Source: an uncultured delta proteobacterium (GTDB lineage: Bacteria > Myxococcota_A > Polyangia > Polyangiales > Polyangiaceae). Taken from it: a stretch of DNA of 64,000 bases. Under the pieces are notes generated by a model. That model worked only from the letters and a program-made list of their open reading frames with translations, was not told the origin of the DNA and did not search any database. The stretch's first letter is position 1. Every line of letters begins with the position of its first letter. The DNA lies in the NCBI GenBank assembly GCA_963806225.1, contig CAWDXG010000004.1, forward strand, positions 1,536,001 to 1,600,000, read 5' to 3'. Position numbers and translations under genes: made by a program. Below, one piece after another: positions 40,113 to 50,109 of the stretch.

Positions 40113-41146
40113 ATGGTCCAGTGCCCGCGTTGCGGCATCACGAACGAGCCGAACAGCAAGTTCTGCGCTTCCTGCGGTACGGCGCTCCGCACCGCAGGCT
40201 GCGCCGCCCGGTTCCGCCTGGTGGTTGGGGACCGCCTGCGCCCGGTGCTCCGCCGCCTGCGCCCGGCGCATACGGCCCGCCGCCGGTCCTCCGCCCGGCG
40301 CGCCTCCTCCCGGCTGGGGAGCACCGCAGCCGACGGCGCCGGGCGGCTACGGTGCGCCGCCGCAGGGCCCGCCGGGCCCGCGCTATGCGCCTCCGCCCGG
40401 CGCACCACCACAACCCGGACTGGGGCCCGCCGCAACAGCGGAGGCTTCGCGCCTGCCGACCCGCGCATGCGCGTCGGGACGCCTGAAGGGCTGAATCCGT
40501 TCGGCGCCACGATGGCTCCGGACCAGCAGCATCTGGCACCTGGCGCGATGCCGCCCGGCGCGATGCCGCCCGGCGCGATGCCGCCCGGCGGGATGCCGCC
40601 CGGCGCGATGCCGCCGCAGGGTCCCCCGCCTGGCGTGATGCCGCCACAGGGTCGCTGGAACAATCCGGAAGCCTTTGCGGCGACCGCGCCTCCGGTCATG
40701 GGCGAGGAGCAGGAGGCGCAGTGGGGCTCGGCGCCACCGCCGCAACCTGCAGCGCCGTCCCAGCCGCCCGAGCCCAGCACGAAGGTGTCCGGACAGGATC
40801 CGGAGGCCGTGCCGGTGGGGGCGCCGCGCACGCTCGCCGGTTTCCTCGTCAGCTTCGAGGACAACGAGTTGGGCTGCTTCTGGCCGCTCTACCAGGGACA
40901 GAACGTGATCGGGCGCAAGGACGCCATGGAAGGGCTCGACATCGAGATCGATCACCCGACCACGTCGTCACGGCACGCGATCATCTACGCCTCCGCGCGT
41001 CCCGGTCGGCTCAAACTCGAGGACCCGGGCAGCACGAATGGCACCTTCCTGAACGACGAGAAGATCGAGCACTCTGCCAAGCTCGAATTGAAGGACGGTG
41101 ACGACGTGCGGTTCGGTGGCTTCAGCACCGTCGTCAAGATCTCTAG
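40113..41146 (+). CDS. Zinc-ribbon / Pro-rich / FHA domain protein (frameshifted; end approximate)
   Basis: CPRCG...KFCASCG; PPGAM repeats (15 bp); FHA IGRKD...TSSRHA...DPGSTNGTF...VRFG. Confidence 0.78.
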
Positions 41147-41174
41147 TCCTCCCCCTCCAGCCGAGAACGACACC

Positions 41175-43499
41175 ATGCGAACTCGTCTCATCCGACCCCT
41201 CCAAGTTGCCGGCCAGCCAGTCGCGAAGGCCTTGCTGGCGCGTGCTCGCGCTCGTGCTCGGGCTGCTCGCCCCGGCTCTCGCGATCGCCGCTCCCGAAGC
41301 GCACATCATGCGCATCGATCCACGCGCCAGCCAGGCGAGCGGAGACCCGATCCTCACAACCGTGATCGAGGTCGTGCAGCCGAAGCGCGTGAGCGATGCG
41401 ATCGCGCCCTGCGCATCCATGACGGGCGGCGCGCAGTTCGACTGCATGAGCCAGGCGCTGGAAAAGCCCTACTCGCTCTACACGCCGTTCCCGTTCCCGG
41501 AGAAGAACGCGATCTTCACCGTCAACGTCGACGGCACGGACCAGCCGGCGAAGTTCGTCAGCAAGGAGGGCTGGGGGCAGAGCCTGCAGCAGCCCAGCGT
41601 GGGAACGGCCTGGCTCATCCTGGTCGACGCGGACAAGCGTATGGGCAGCTCGCTCGACGACGCGAAGCAGGTCGCCGAGCGCTTCGTGTCGAGCATGGGC
41701 GCGAACGACATCGTCGACGTCATGTTCTTCAACGACCGCCAGGTCGTGAAGGACTCGAAGTGGCAGTCCGCGGCGCAGAAAGCGCGTGCGTCGAGCCTGA
41801 TCGGCTCGGTGACCAGCACCTACCCGGCGCACGGCCGCAACCGTTCGCTCGCGACGATCATCAAGACCGCCGCGACCGATGGCTTCAAATCGCTCGGCAA
41901 CGTCGGCGAGGGCGTCACGGTGCCGCTGCACCAGGCGATGGTGCTGCTCTCCAGCGGCTTCGGCGGCACCGACCCGATGACGACGGGACCGGGCGCGCTG
42001 CAGATCCAGCAGTACATGTCCAAGGGCCGCTTCCCCGAGGACAACACCGCGCTGCCCAAGGCACCGGTGCCCGTCATCAGCGTGTACTTCCCGTACCGCA
42101 GCTACGACGAGTTCAAGCAGAACTCGATGGACTTCATGCAGAACATGGCGAACCCGGAGATCGGCGGGTTCTTCACCGTGATGCAGCACGGACCAGGGCG
42201 ATCACGCGGGCGCCATCGTCAACGTGGTGCGCACGCGCTTCAGCAAGATGCACATCGTCAAGTGGCGGGTGTCGTGCATCGCGCCGACGGTGACGCAGAC
42301 GTTCAAGCTCGTCTTCAACAACGTCAAGCCGCCCATCCTCGGCGACAACAGCTTCAAGGACGTTCCCGTCGGCATCGATCCTTCGACGTGGCCGCTCGAC
42401 GTGAACATGAAGTACACGGAGGATCGCGCCAAGGACAACCCCGTCTATCCGGGCGGCAAGTTCAAGGTCTACGGCAACTTCTGCTGGGGGGGCGAAAAGG
42501 CACGAGCTGAAGTGTACTTCCTGCCCGCAGGACAACAGGTGCCGGCGGCGCTGGGCAGCACGGACATCGACAAGGCGAAACGTACCCAGCAGCAGCTCAT
42601 CGCCATGGGCATGAAGGGAACCGCGGTCGAGGCCAGCGACACCTACGTGGAGTTGCAGGCCCCGGACAAGGACAAGATCCTCCAGGGCTCGGGCAACCAG
42701 GCGGTCGTCCGCGTCATCCTCTACGACAACAAGGCGCACCGCACGAGCGGCGTCACGGCCGACAGCATCCTGCAGCTCAAGGCGTCTTCCGCGCCCTTCC
42801 CCATCCTGTGGGTGCTCGGCGGCCTGTTCGGCGTCGTCGTGCTCGCGCTCCTGGTGGTCGTGATCGTGCGCGGCGGCGGCAAGAAGCGCGGTGGCGGTCC
42901 GCCACCCGCCGCGCCGGTCGTCGCCGGCGGCGCACCGCCCTACGGAGGCGCGCCCGGTGGCTACGGCCCGCCCCCCGGCGGTCCGCCTGGAGGCTATGCG
43001 GCAGCTCCTCCGGCAGGCCCGCCTGCAGGTGGTGGCTACGGGCCGCCGCCCGCCGCGGCAGCGCCGCCCGCAGCCGCACCCCCGGTGAACCCGGAATTCA
43101 TGTACGGCGGCCAGGGCCAGGGCCAGCAGTTCGGTGCACCCGCCGACCAGGCGGGCCACCAGGCGCCGCCTCCCGATCCGTACGCTGCCGGCGGCGGCGG
43201 AGGCGGGTCCGCGCGCGACGCTGCAGGGTGCGGCCGGGGTGTTCACGGTCATGCCCGGCATGGAGATGAGAGCCGGGCGTGACGGCGGCCAGTGCGGCAT
43301 CCTGCTGACCGAACCGCGCGTCTCCGGCGTGCACGCGACGGTCAAGCTCGAAGGCGGCCAGCTCCTGGCTCGCGACGAGCACAGCAACAACGGCACGCTG
43401 GTCAATGGCAACCGGCTGACACCTGGCATCTGGACCCCTGTCCCGAACGGCTCGCTGGTCCGCTTCGGGCCGGTGGAGTTCAACGTCCGGCTGGAGTAA
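41175..43499 (+). CDS. Exported vWA-like domain - TM - Pro/Gly linker - FHA protein (frameshifted near 41230, 42195, 43205)
   Basis: Signal peptide; vWA-like LILVDADKRMG, VMFFND, VLLSSG; TM ILWVLGGLFGVVVLALLVVVIV; FHA AGRD...VSGVHA...SNNGT. Confidence 0.75.
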
Positions 43500-43517
43500 C
43501 GCGGGGAGCCACGTCCA

Positions 43518-44918
43518 GTGCACCGCTCCGCCAGGAGCGTCGTCGCCGATATCGCGGAGCTCAGCGACGCGGGTCGGGATCCGGCGAAGCAGGTCAACGA
43601 GGACTCCTCGGGCTACGCGGAGACGCGTCACGGCCACCTGGCCGTCGTGTGCGACGGCATGGGGGGCCACTCGGGAGGTCGCGAGGCCAGCCAGACCGCC
43701 GTCCGCACGATCGTGGAACACGTGCAGCAGGCGCCCGGAGGCGCCCTGCCCGGGGCGCTGCTCCGCGAGGCCATCGAGGCGGCGGGGCAGGCAGTGTACG
43801 CGGTCGGCGGCGACGCTCCCACGGAGGTTCGACCGGGTTCGACCTGCGTGGCGATGCTGCTCCACGAACGCGGCGCAGAGATCGCCCACGTCGGCGACTC
43901 GCGCGGATATCTGATCCGCAGCGGCGCAATCCAGCGCGTCACCAACGACCACTCCATGGTGCAGCAGATGGTCGACGCGGGCGTGCTGACGCCCGAAGAA
44001 GCCCTCGATCACCCGGAGAGCAACAAGATCACGCGCGCGCTCGGCATGCACCCGGACGTGGACGTGGAGCTCCGACCCGAACCGCTCGCGCTCCAGCGCG
44101 GCGACGTGCTCCTGCTCTGCAGCGACGGGCTCACCGACCTCGTGAGCGACAGCGAGCTAGGCTCGATCACCCAGAGCCACATGTCGAGCGGTCCCGCCGT
44201 GGTGTGCCAACAGCTCGTCGCACTCGCCAACGACCGCGGTGGCTACGACAACATCACTGTCGAGCTCCTGCACGTGCTGGAAACGCCCGCGCGACAAGCG
44301 TCGACGGTTGCAGGCGCGACGTGGATCCAGGCGCCGCCGGGCGCGCCGGAACAGCCCCTCGCCGAGCCGGACAGCGGCGCGCACACCGCTCCCTCGCCCA
44401 CGATCACCGATGCGACGCCGCACGGCGCCTCCTCGCCCACGGTCACCGATGCGACGCCGCACGGCGCCTCTTCGCCCACGCTGCTGGACGGACCGCCGCA
44501 CGCCGAGCGCTCCACCGAGCCGGGACCCGTGGCGGTGACACCGTTCGCCGCGTCGACACCCCGCGCCGACGGCTTCTCCGATGCCGCGGAGAGTCCTGCG
44601 AGCGGTCAAGCGCGCCACGGTCGCTGGATGGTGCTGCTGGCGGCCGCGGTTGCGTTGCTGATCGTTGGCGGCGTGGCGGTCTGGGCGATCGCGCGTTTCG
44701 TCTCCGCCCATCGTCATTCCGAAGAAGTGCCGCCCCCTCCGGAGGAGCCGAGCGCCACGGCAGCCCCGCTGACCGTGCTCGAAGCCTCCACGCCACCGGA
44801 ACCGGAAGCCGGTGCGATAGTCCGCCATCACCATCACCACCGCCGCGATGCCCGCGCGCCGGATGCCGCACCGCCGCCCGACGCTGGACAGGACGGCGGT
44901 GATGCAGGATTCCCTTGA
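43518..44918 (+). CDS. PP2C-family Ser/Thr phosphatase with C-terminal TM anchor
   Basis: NEDS, VCDGMGGH, HVGDSRGY, DHS, ITRALG, LCSDGL, GGYDNIT; linker with 39-bp repeat SPT[IV]TDATPHGAS; TM helix. Confidence 0.93.
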   Translation: MHRSARSVVADIAELSDAGRDPAKQVNEDSSGYAETRHGHLAVVCDGMGGHSGGREASQTAVRTIVEHVQQAPGGALPGALLREAIEAAGQAVYAVGGDAPTEVRPGSTCVAMLLHERGAEIAHVGDSRGYLIRSGAIQRVTNDHSMVQQMVDAGVLTPEEALDHPESNKITRALGMHPDVDVELRPEPLALQRGDVLLLCSDGLTDLVSDSELGSITQSHMSSGPAVVCQQLVALANDRGGYDNITVELLHVLETPARQASTVAGATWIQAPPGAPEQPLAEPDSGAHTAPSPTITDATPHGASSPTVTDATPHGASSPTLLDGPPHAERSTEPGPVAVTPFAASTPRADGFSDAAESPASGQARHGRWMVLLAAAVALLIVGGVAVWAIARFVSAHRHSEEVPPPPEEPSATAAPLTVLEASTPPEPEAGAIVRHHHHHRRDARAPDAAPPPDAGQDGGDAGFP

Positions 44919-44952
44919 GACGGGCACTCTGGTATTCGCCTAGGACCGACCG

Positions 44953-47913
44953 ATGATGATACCTGGCTTCGGCAAGCAGACCCTCAGCATAGGCAGCGCG
45001 CCGAGCTGTGATATCCGGCTCGGTGGGCCGGGCGTCGCGCCGGAGCACGCACGTCTCGTGCACCAGGGCGGCGGCACACTCGTGTTCGTCGACGGTGGCA
45101 CCGGACAGACGTCCGCGAACGGCGCGCCGATCGCGCCGGGCTCGAGCGTGCCGTTCGACTTCCGCACGCAGTTCGTGGTCGGGACAGGCCGCGGTTCCCA
45201 TCGCGCACCCCGCCATCGCGTTGATGCTGATGGCGCGGGGCAACGCGCCTGTGCAGCCGGGACAGGTCAGCTTCGGGCGCGAGGCCGCGCAGGCCAACAT
45301 CGTCATCCAGCATCCGAACGTGTCCGCGCACCACGCGACCGTCACGCTGAACCCGCCCACGATCATCGATCACAACTCGACGAGCGGCACGTGGCTCGGC
45401 CAGAACCGGCTGCCACCCGGACAGCCGCAACCGCTCGATCAGGGCGCGATGATCGCGCTCGGGCCCGTGCCGGTGCCGGCGCAGCTTGCCCTGCAGCTGG
45501 CGCACGCTCTGGCCACGCCGGAAGGCCAGGCGCAGCCGGCGCAGCCCGCGCAGCCGGTCGTCGGCGCACCCGCCGGCGGCGGACGGGCACCGGGTGCCAA
45601 GCCCAAGCACAAGACGGTCATCGGACAGGTGCAGCTCGGCGCCGCCGGCGCGCAGAAGAGTATCGGCCGTACGCCGGACAACGACATCCAGATCGAGCAC
45701 CCACAGGTCTCCAGCAAGCACGCGATCCTGCACCAGGTGCAGAGCCAGCTGTACCTGGAGGACCGCGGCAGCTCCAACGGGACGTACGTACGCGGACAGC
45801 GGCTCGCAGCCGGCCAGAAGGTCCCGGTCCAGAACGGCGAGAAGGTCTTCATCGGACCGATGCCGCTGCTGATCCAGGTCCAGAATCAACAGGTCGAGGT
45901 CATCGTCGAGGACGTCGCCGACTGGGCGGGCACGTCCGCTGTACGAGATCGAGGCCTGGGATCTGGTCCTGCAGGTCCCGGACCGCGACAACCCCAGCGA
46001 GATGAAGACGCTGCTCGACCACATCAGCTTCAAGGCGCTGCCCGGCGACTTGATCGCGCTGATGGGACCGAGCGGCGCCGGCAAGACGACGCTCCTGCTC
46101 ACTCTCAACGGCTATCTGCCGCCGAGCGCGGGCCAGGTCAGGATCAACGGCGAGGACCTGTACGCGATCTACGACGCGCTGCGCGGTTCCATCGGCTACG
46201 TCCCGCAGGACGACATCGTCCATCCGGAGCTGACCGTGTACGAAGCGGTGCGCTACAGCGCGCGCTTCCGGTTGCCACCTGACTACTCCGAGGACGAGAT
46301 CGACCGGCGCGTGCAGACGACGCTGGCGCAACTCGGCCTGGAGGGCGTCGCTCACCTGCAGATCGGCAAGCCCGAAAAGAAGATCCTCAGCGGCGGGCAG
46401 CGCAAGCGCGTGAACATCGCCATGGAGCTCGTGACCGATCCGGTCATCATGTTCCTCGACGAGCCGACCAGCGGTCTGGCTGCGGACGACACCACCGCGC
46501 TGGTGCAGCTGCTCGCGGATCTGGCCAAGCAGACCGGCAAGACGATCATCACGACCATCCACCAGCCGGCCAAGGACGAGTTCGAGAAGTTCAACCTGGC
46601 GCTGGTCCTCGGCCAGGGCGGCATCCCGATTTTCTTCGGCCCGACAAAGGACGGCTACCGGTTCTTCGGCAGCTTCCTCGAGCGGCAGGGCAAGCCGAAC
46701 GACGTCGACAATCCGCGCGACATGTTCGACATGCTCAACCAGCGCGAGCGGCCGATCTACGAGGCGATGCGTGCGCAGAACCCGTACGTCCAACGCGGCG
46801 CAGCGCGCCAGCAGGCCGCCCGCGAGTGGAACGCGGAGTTCTTCAACCAACAGAACCCGATCTTCCAGAAGATGTTCTCCGGACGGCGGTCGGTCGGCAC
46901 CGGCTCCCAACAGCAAGGTGTCGGCTTCTCGCGCGGCAAGTCGTCCGGGCAGTTCGGGCTTCTGTTCAGCCGCTACTTCCGGGTCAAGGTGCGCGACGTC
47001 ACCGGCACTGCGATCATGCTGGCCCAGGCGCCGATCATCGGCGTGCTCCTGGCTCTCGTCTTCGGCGGCCAGAAGGACGCCATCCCGTACTGGTGTCTGG
47101 GCGCACTGCAGGAGCTGGCCAAGCGCTCGGGCGGTCTGGGCTCGAGCGCCGGCGACATGCTCCAGAACATGAAGACCACCAACGACCACTCGGGGGCAAT
47201 CTTCTTCCTGGTCGTGTCGGCGGTGTGGTTCGGCACCAGCAACGCCGCGCGCGAGATCGTGAGCGAACGGGCCATCTACCTGCGCGAGCGGATGGTGAAC
47301 CTGAAGCTGTTCAACTACGTGTTCAGCAAGTTCCTGCTGCTCAGCCTGTTCTGCATCATCCAGTGCACGGTGCTCCTGGCGATCGTGTTCTTCTCGCTCG
47401 GCTTCAACGGCGGCCCGCAGGCTTTCGTCATCGAGCTCGGGGTTCTTGATCGCCACCGCGATGAACTCGGTCGCTCTGGGGCTGTTCTTGAGCACCATGG
47501 TCGAGAGCTCGGAGGCGGCCATGGCGCTCACGCCCATCGCGCTCATTCCGCAGGTCGTCCTGGGCGGACTGATGGTGCCGATGACGACCAACCCGCTGCT
47601 CCAGTGGCCGATGTACGTGATGCCGGCGCGCTGGGGCTTCGAGGGCGTGGTCGCGCAGGAGCGCATGGCGATCGCCAACGACGCGGCGTGGGTCATCGAC
47701 CTGCACAAGCCGGCCACCACGAGCGTCGACAACTTCGTGCAAGCCGGGCATTTCCACTGCGCTACCGCGCAGATAGCCGGCAGCGACTTCAACGGCGCAT
47801 GGGGCTTTACCCACTACGACTTGACCTGGTTGCCGCCCGCGGTGCTGGCCGGAATGATGTTCGCAACGCTCGTCATCATTCTCGTCATCCTCAAGCGGCG
47901 CGATCCGGTCTGA
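44953..47913 (+). CDS. Multi-FHA ABC transporter ATPase/permease fusion (Rv1747-like), frameshifted near 45185, 45930, 47445
   Basis: Three FHA-like domains; Walker A GPSGAGKT, LSGGQRKR, FLDEPTSGL, TIHQP; ABC2-type membrane region AREIVSERAIYLRER. Confidence 0.88.
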
Positions 47914-47949
47914 TCCCCGCCCAACGCCACTCTGGGCTATCATGGACGG

Positions 47950-48951
47950 ATGAAGCGCTTCGTCGCCGCCGCCCTCGCCACGTTCCTCGCGCAGGCTCTG
48001 CTCGTCGCCTGCGGCTCGACCACGGACAGCGGAAGCAAGGTGGCGGGGCCGACGGGTGGATTCGGAGGCGTCTCGTCCGGCGGCAGCGGCGCCGGGGGTA
48101 GCGGCGCCGGAACGGGGACCGGCGGCAGCGGCGGCAGCGTGCAGATCGACGCGGGCGGCGGCGGCAGCTCGAACGACGGCGGCGCGTGCGAGCCCCCCGA
48201 CATGTTGATCGTGCTCGACCGCACCATGAGCATGCACCGCAGACCGGACGGCACGCGTCCGCCGGACACCACTGCAGGGCACCAGGCGTCCAAGTGGTAC
48301 ATCGCCATCAACGCGGTCGAGCAGCTGACCGGCAAGCTCGACAGCACGATCCGCTTCGGGCTGGAGCTGTTCCCCAAGGACCCCGGCAACAACCAGTGCG
48401 TCACGCTCAAGCAGCGCATCAACAACATCACCGCGACCAATCCGGCTTGCCAGAAGGGCGAAGTACTCGTCCAGCCCGGGCTGAACAACGGTCCGGCCAT
48501 CGCTAGCGCGATCGACCCGGAGACGACCCGGCTGTGCACGTCGACACCGATTGGCAAGGGGATCGTGACGGCCAGCCAGGCGCTGACGGCTATCCAGACA
48601 GCGGGACGCGATCAGTACGCCGTGTTGATCACCGATGGACAGGACACCTGCGACAAGGCGCTGGTGCTCTCGGCCACGCAGGCCCTCGCCCAGCAGGGCG
48701 TCAAGCTCTACGCGATCGGGTTCGATGCCAGCTCCGGCAACGGCGTCGACAAGTCGCAGCTGAACGACCTCGCTTGCGCGGGGCACACCGCCCCCGGCTT
48801 CCCCGCGCCGTGCCAGGCCGACGCCCAGGGCAACTACACGGCCACGAACCCGACCGGACCCGATCTGTTCCTGGCGGCGGGCGACGCGGCCGCGCTGTCG
48901 AAGGCGCTGTCGACGCTGGCCGGCAACGTCTGCTGCGGCTGCATCGGCTAG
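47950..48951 (+). CDS. vWA-domain lipoprotein (Cys-rich)
   Basis: Lipobox LLVAC, Gly/Ser linker, MIDAS-like VLDRTMSM, STP, LITDG, YAIGF. Confidence 0.85.
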   Translation: MKRFVAAALATFLAQALLVACGSTTDSGSKVAGPTGGFGGVSSGGSGAGGSGAGTGTGGSGGSVQIDAGGGGSSNDGGACEPPDMLIVLDRTMSMHRRPDGTRPPDTTAGHQASKWYIAINAVEQLTGKLDSTIRFGLELFPKDPGNNQCVTLKQRINNITATNPACQKGEVLVQPGLNNGPAIASAIDPETTRLCTSTPIGKGIVTASQALTAIQTAGRDQYAVLITDGQDTCDKALVLSATQALAQQGVKLYAIGFDASSGNGVDKSQLNDLACAGHTAPGFPAPCQADAQGNYTATNPTGPDLFLAAGDAAALSKALSTLAGNVCCGCIG

Positions 48952-48996
48952 CGCTCGCGGACGGCTCGGCGCGGGCGTTCCCGGGGACAGAATCGT

Positions 48997-49884
48997 TTGT
49001 CGGGAAGCACGTCACGCAGCAGCGGCGCAGGACTGGGCGCGGTGCTCACGGCGTCCACGGTATTCTCGTGGGGCTTCGTCATCGTCAAGGCACTGGGGTT
49101 GCCTGCGCCGGCCATCGCGGTCTCGCGTCTGGCGATCGGCGCAGCGGTGTTGTTTGCGGCGGCGCTGATCTTCAAGGTGCGCTGGCCGCGCAATCTGGCG
49201 CCCGTGGTGCTGGCCGGCGTGTGCTTCGGCATGCACCAGCTTCTGTACATCGTCGCCACACAGCGCACCTCGATCGCGATCGTCACGCTGATGGGTGCTC
49301 TGCAGCCGCTGCTCGTGTCGATCGTCAGCCGCCGCACGGTGGGCGAGCCCGTGCCGCGTGCGCTGCGCGGCTGGGCCCTGGTCGGCGTGCTGTCGGTTCT
49401 GCTGATCGTGCACGCCAACCTCGGCGACAGCAGCCAGTCGCTGCTGGGCGATCTGCTGGCCGTGGTCAATCTGCTGGCGTTCACCGCCTTCTTCCTGTTC
49501 ACGAAACGCGCGAGACTCGAGGGAGCACCCACGGTGACGCTGACCGCGTCCATCTTCGCCGTCGCCATGCTGGTGGCCGCGCCCGCTCTGTTGTTCGTGT
49601 CACCGGTACTGCCGGCGCACGGATGGCAGTGGGGCCTGATCGCGCTGCTTGCGCTGGGCCCGGGCAACGGACATCTGCTGGTGAACTGGGCGCACTCGCG
49701 CGTGAGCGCAACACTGGCTTCGCTCACGCTGGGCGCCGTGCCGCTTCTGGCGAGCATCTGGGCGCACTTCGTCTTCGGCGAACCGTACGGCCCCGAGCAC
49801 GTCGCTGGAATGGTGCTCGCGATGGTCGCCATCGAGGGAGGCCGGAGAGCCGAGGTGCGTGCCCAACGGCGCGCAAAGCCATGA
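48997..49884 (+). CDS. DMT/EamA family transporter
   Basis: About 10 TM helices in two repeats; SWGFVIVK, GDLLA, FVFGE. Confidence 0.88.
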   Translation: MSGSTSRSSGAGLGAVLTASTVFSWGFVIVKALGLPAPAIAVSRLAIGAAVLFAAALIFKVRWPRNLAPVVLAGVCFGMHQLLYIVATQRTSIAIVTLMGALQPLLVSIVSRRTVGEPVPRALRGWALVGVLSVLLIVHANLGDSSQSLLGDLLAVVNLLAFTAFFLFTKRARLEGAPTVTLTASIFAVAMLVAAPALLFVSPVLPAHGWQWGLIALLALGPGNGHLLVNWAHSRVSATLASLTLGAVPLLASIWAHFVFGEPYGPEHVAGMVLAMVAIEGGRRAEVRAQRRAKP

Positions 49885-50109
49885 TCTTCATGTCGCACTT
49901 CTGTTCGTTCGATGCAGAGGCCGGGAAACGGGAAAATCGATACCCCATCCGTGTAACCGCCCCAGGCAACCCGCATACGCCCAGGCAGTAGCGAGCATCG
50001 ATCCGAGCTCCACTGCGGAGGGAGGAACCTGGTTCCACTGTTTCGGAACAGGGCGATGCAACGGTGCGCCCGCGCGGTGCGGTCGCCCGACATCCATGGA
50101 GGGAGTTAA

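Noticed and set aside
49915..50060. Faint cobalamin-riboswitch-like words (GGGAA, TGTAA, CCACTG, GGGAGG) upstream of the spondin gene
   Set aside because: The expected paired stems and the 3' AGCCAG/AGACC element are not evident and the downstream gene is not B12-related; an Rfam scan would settle it.
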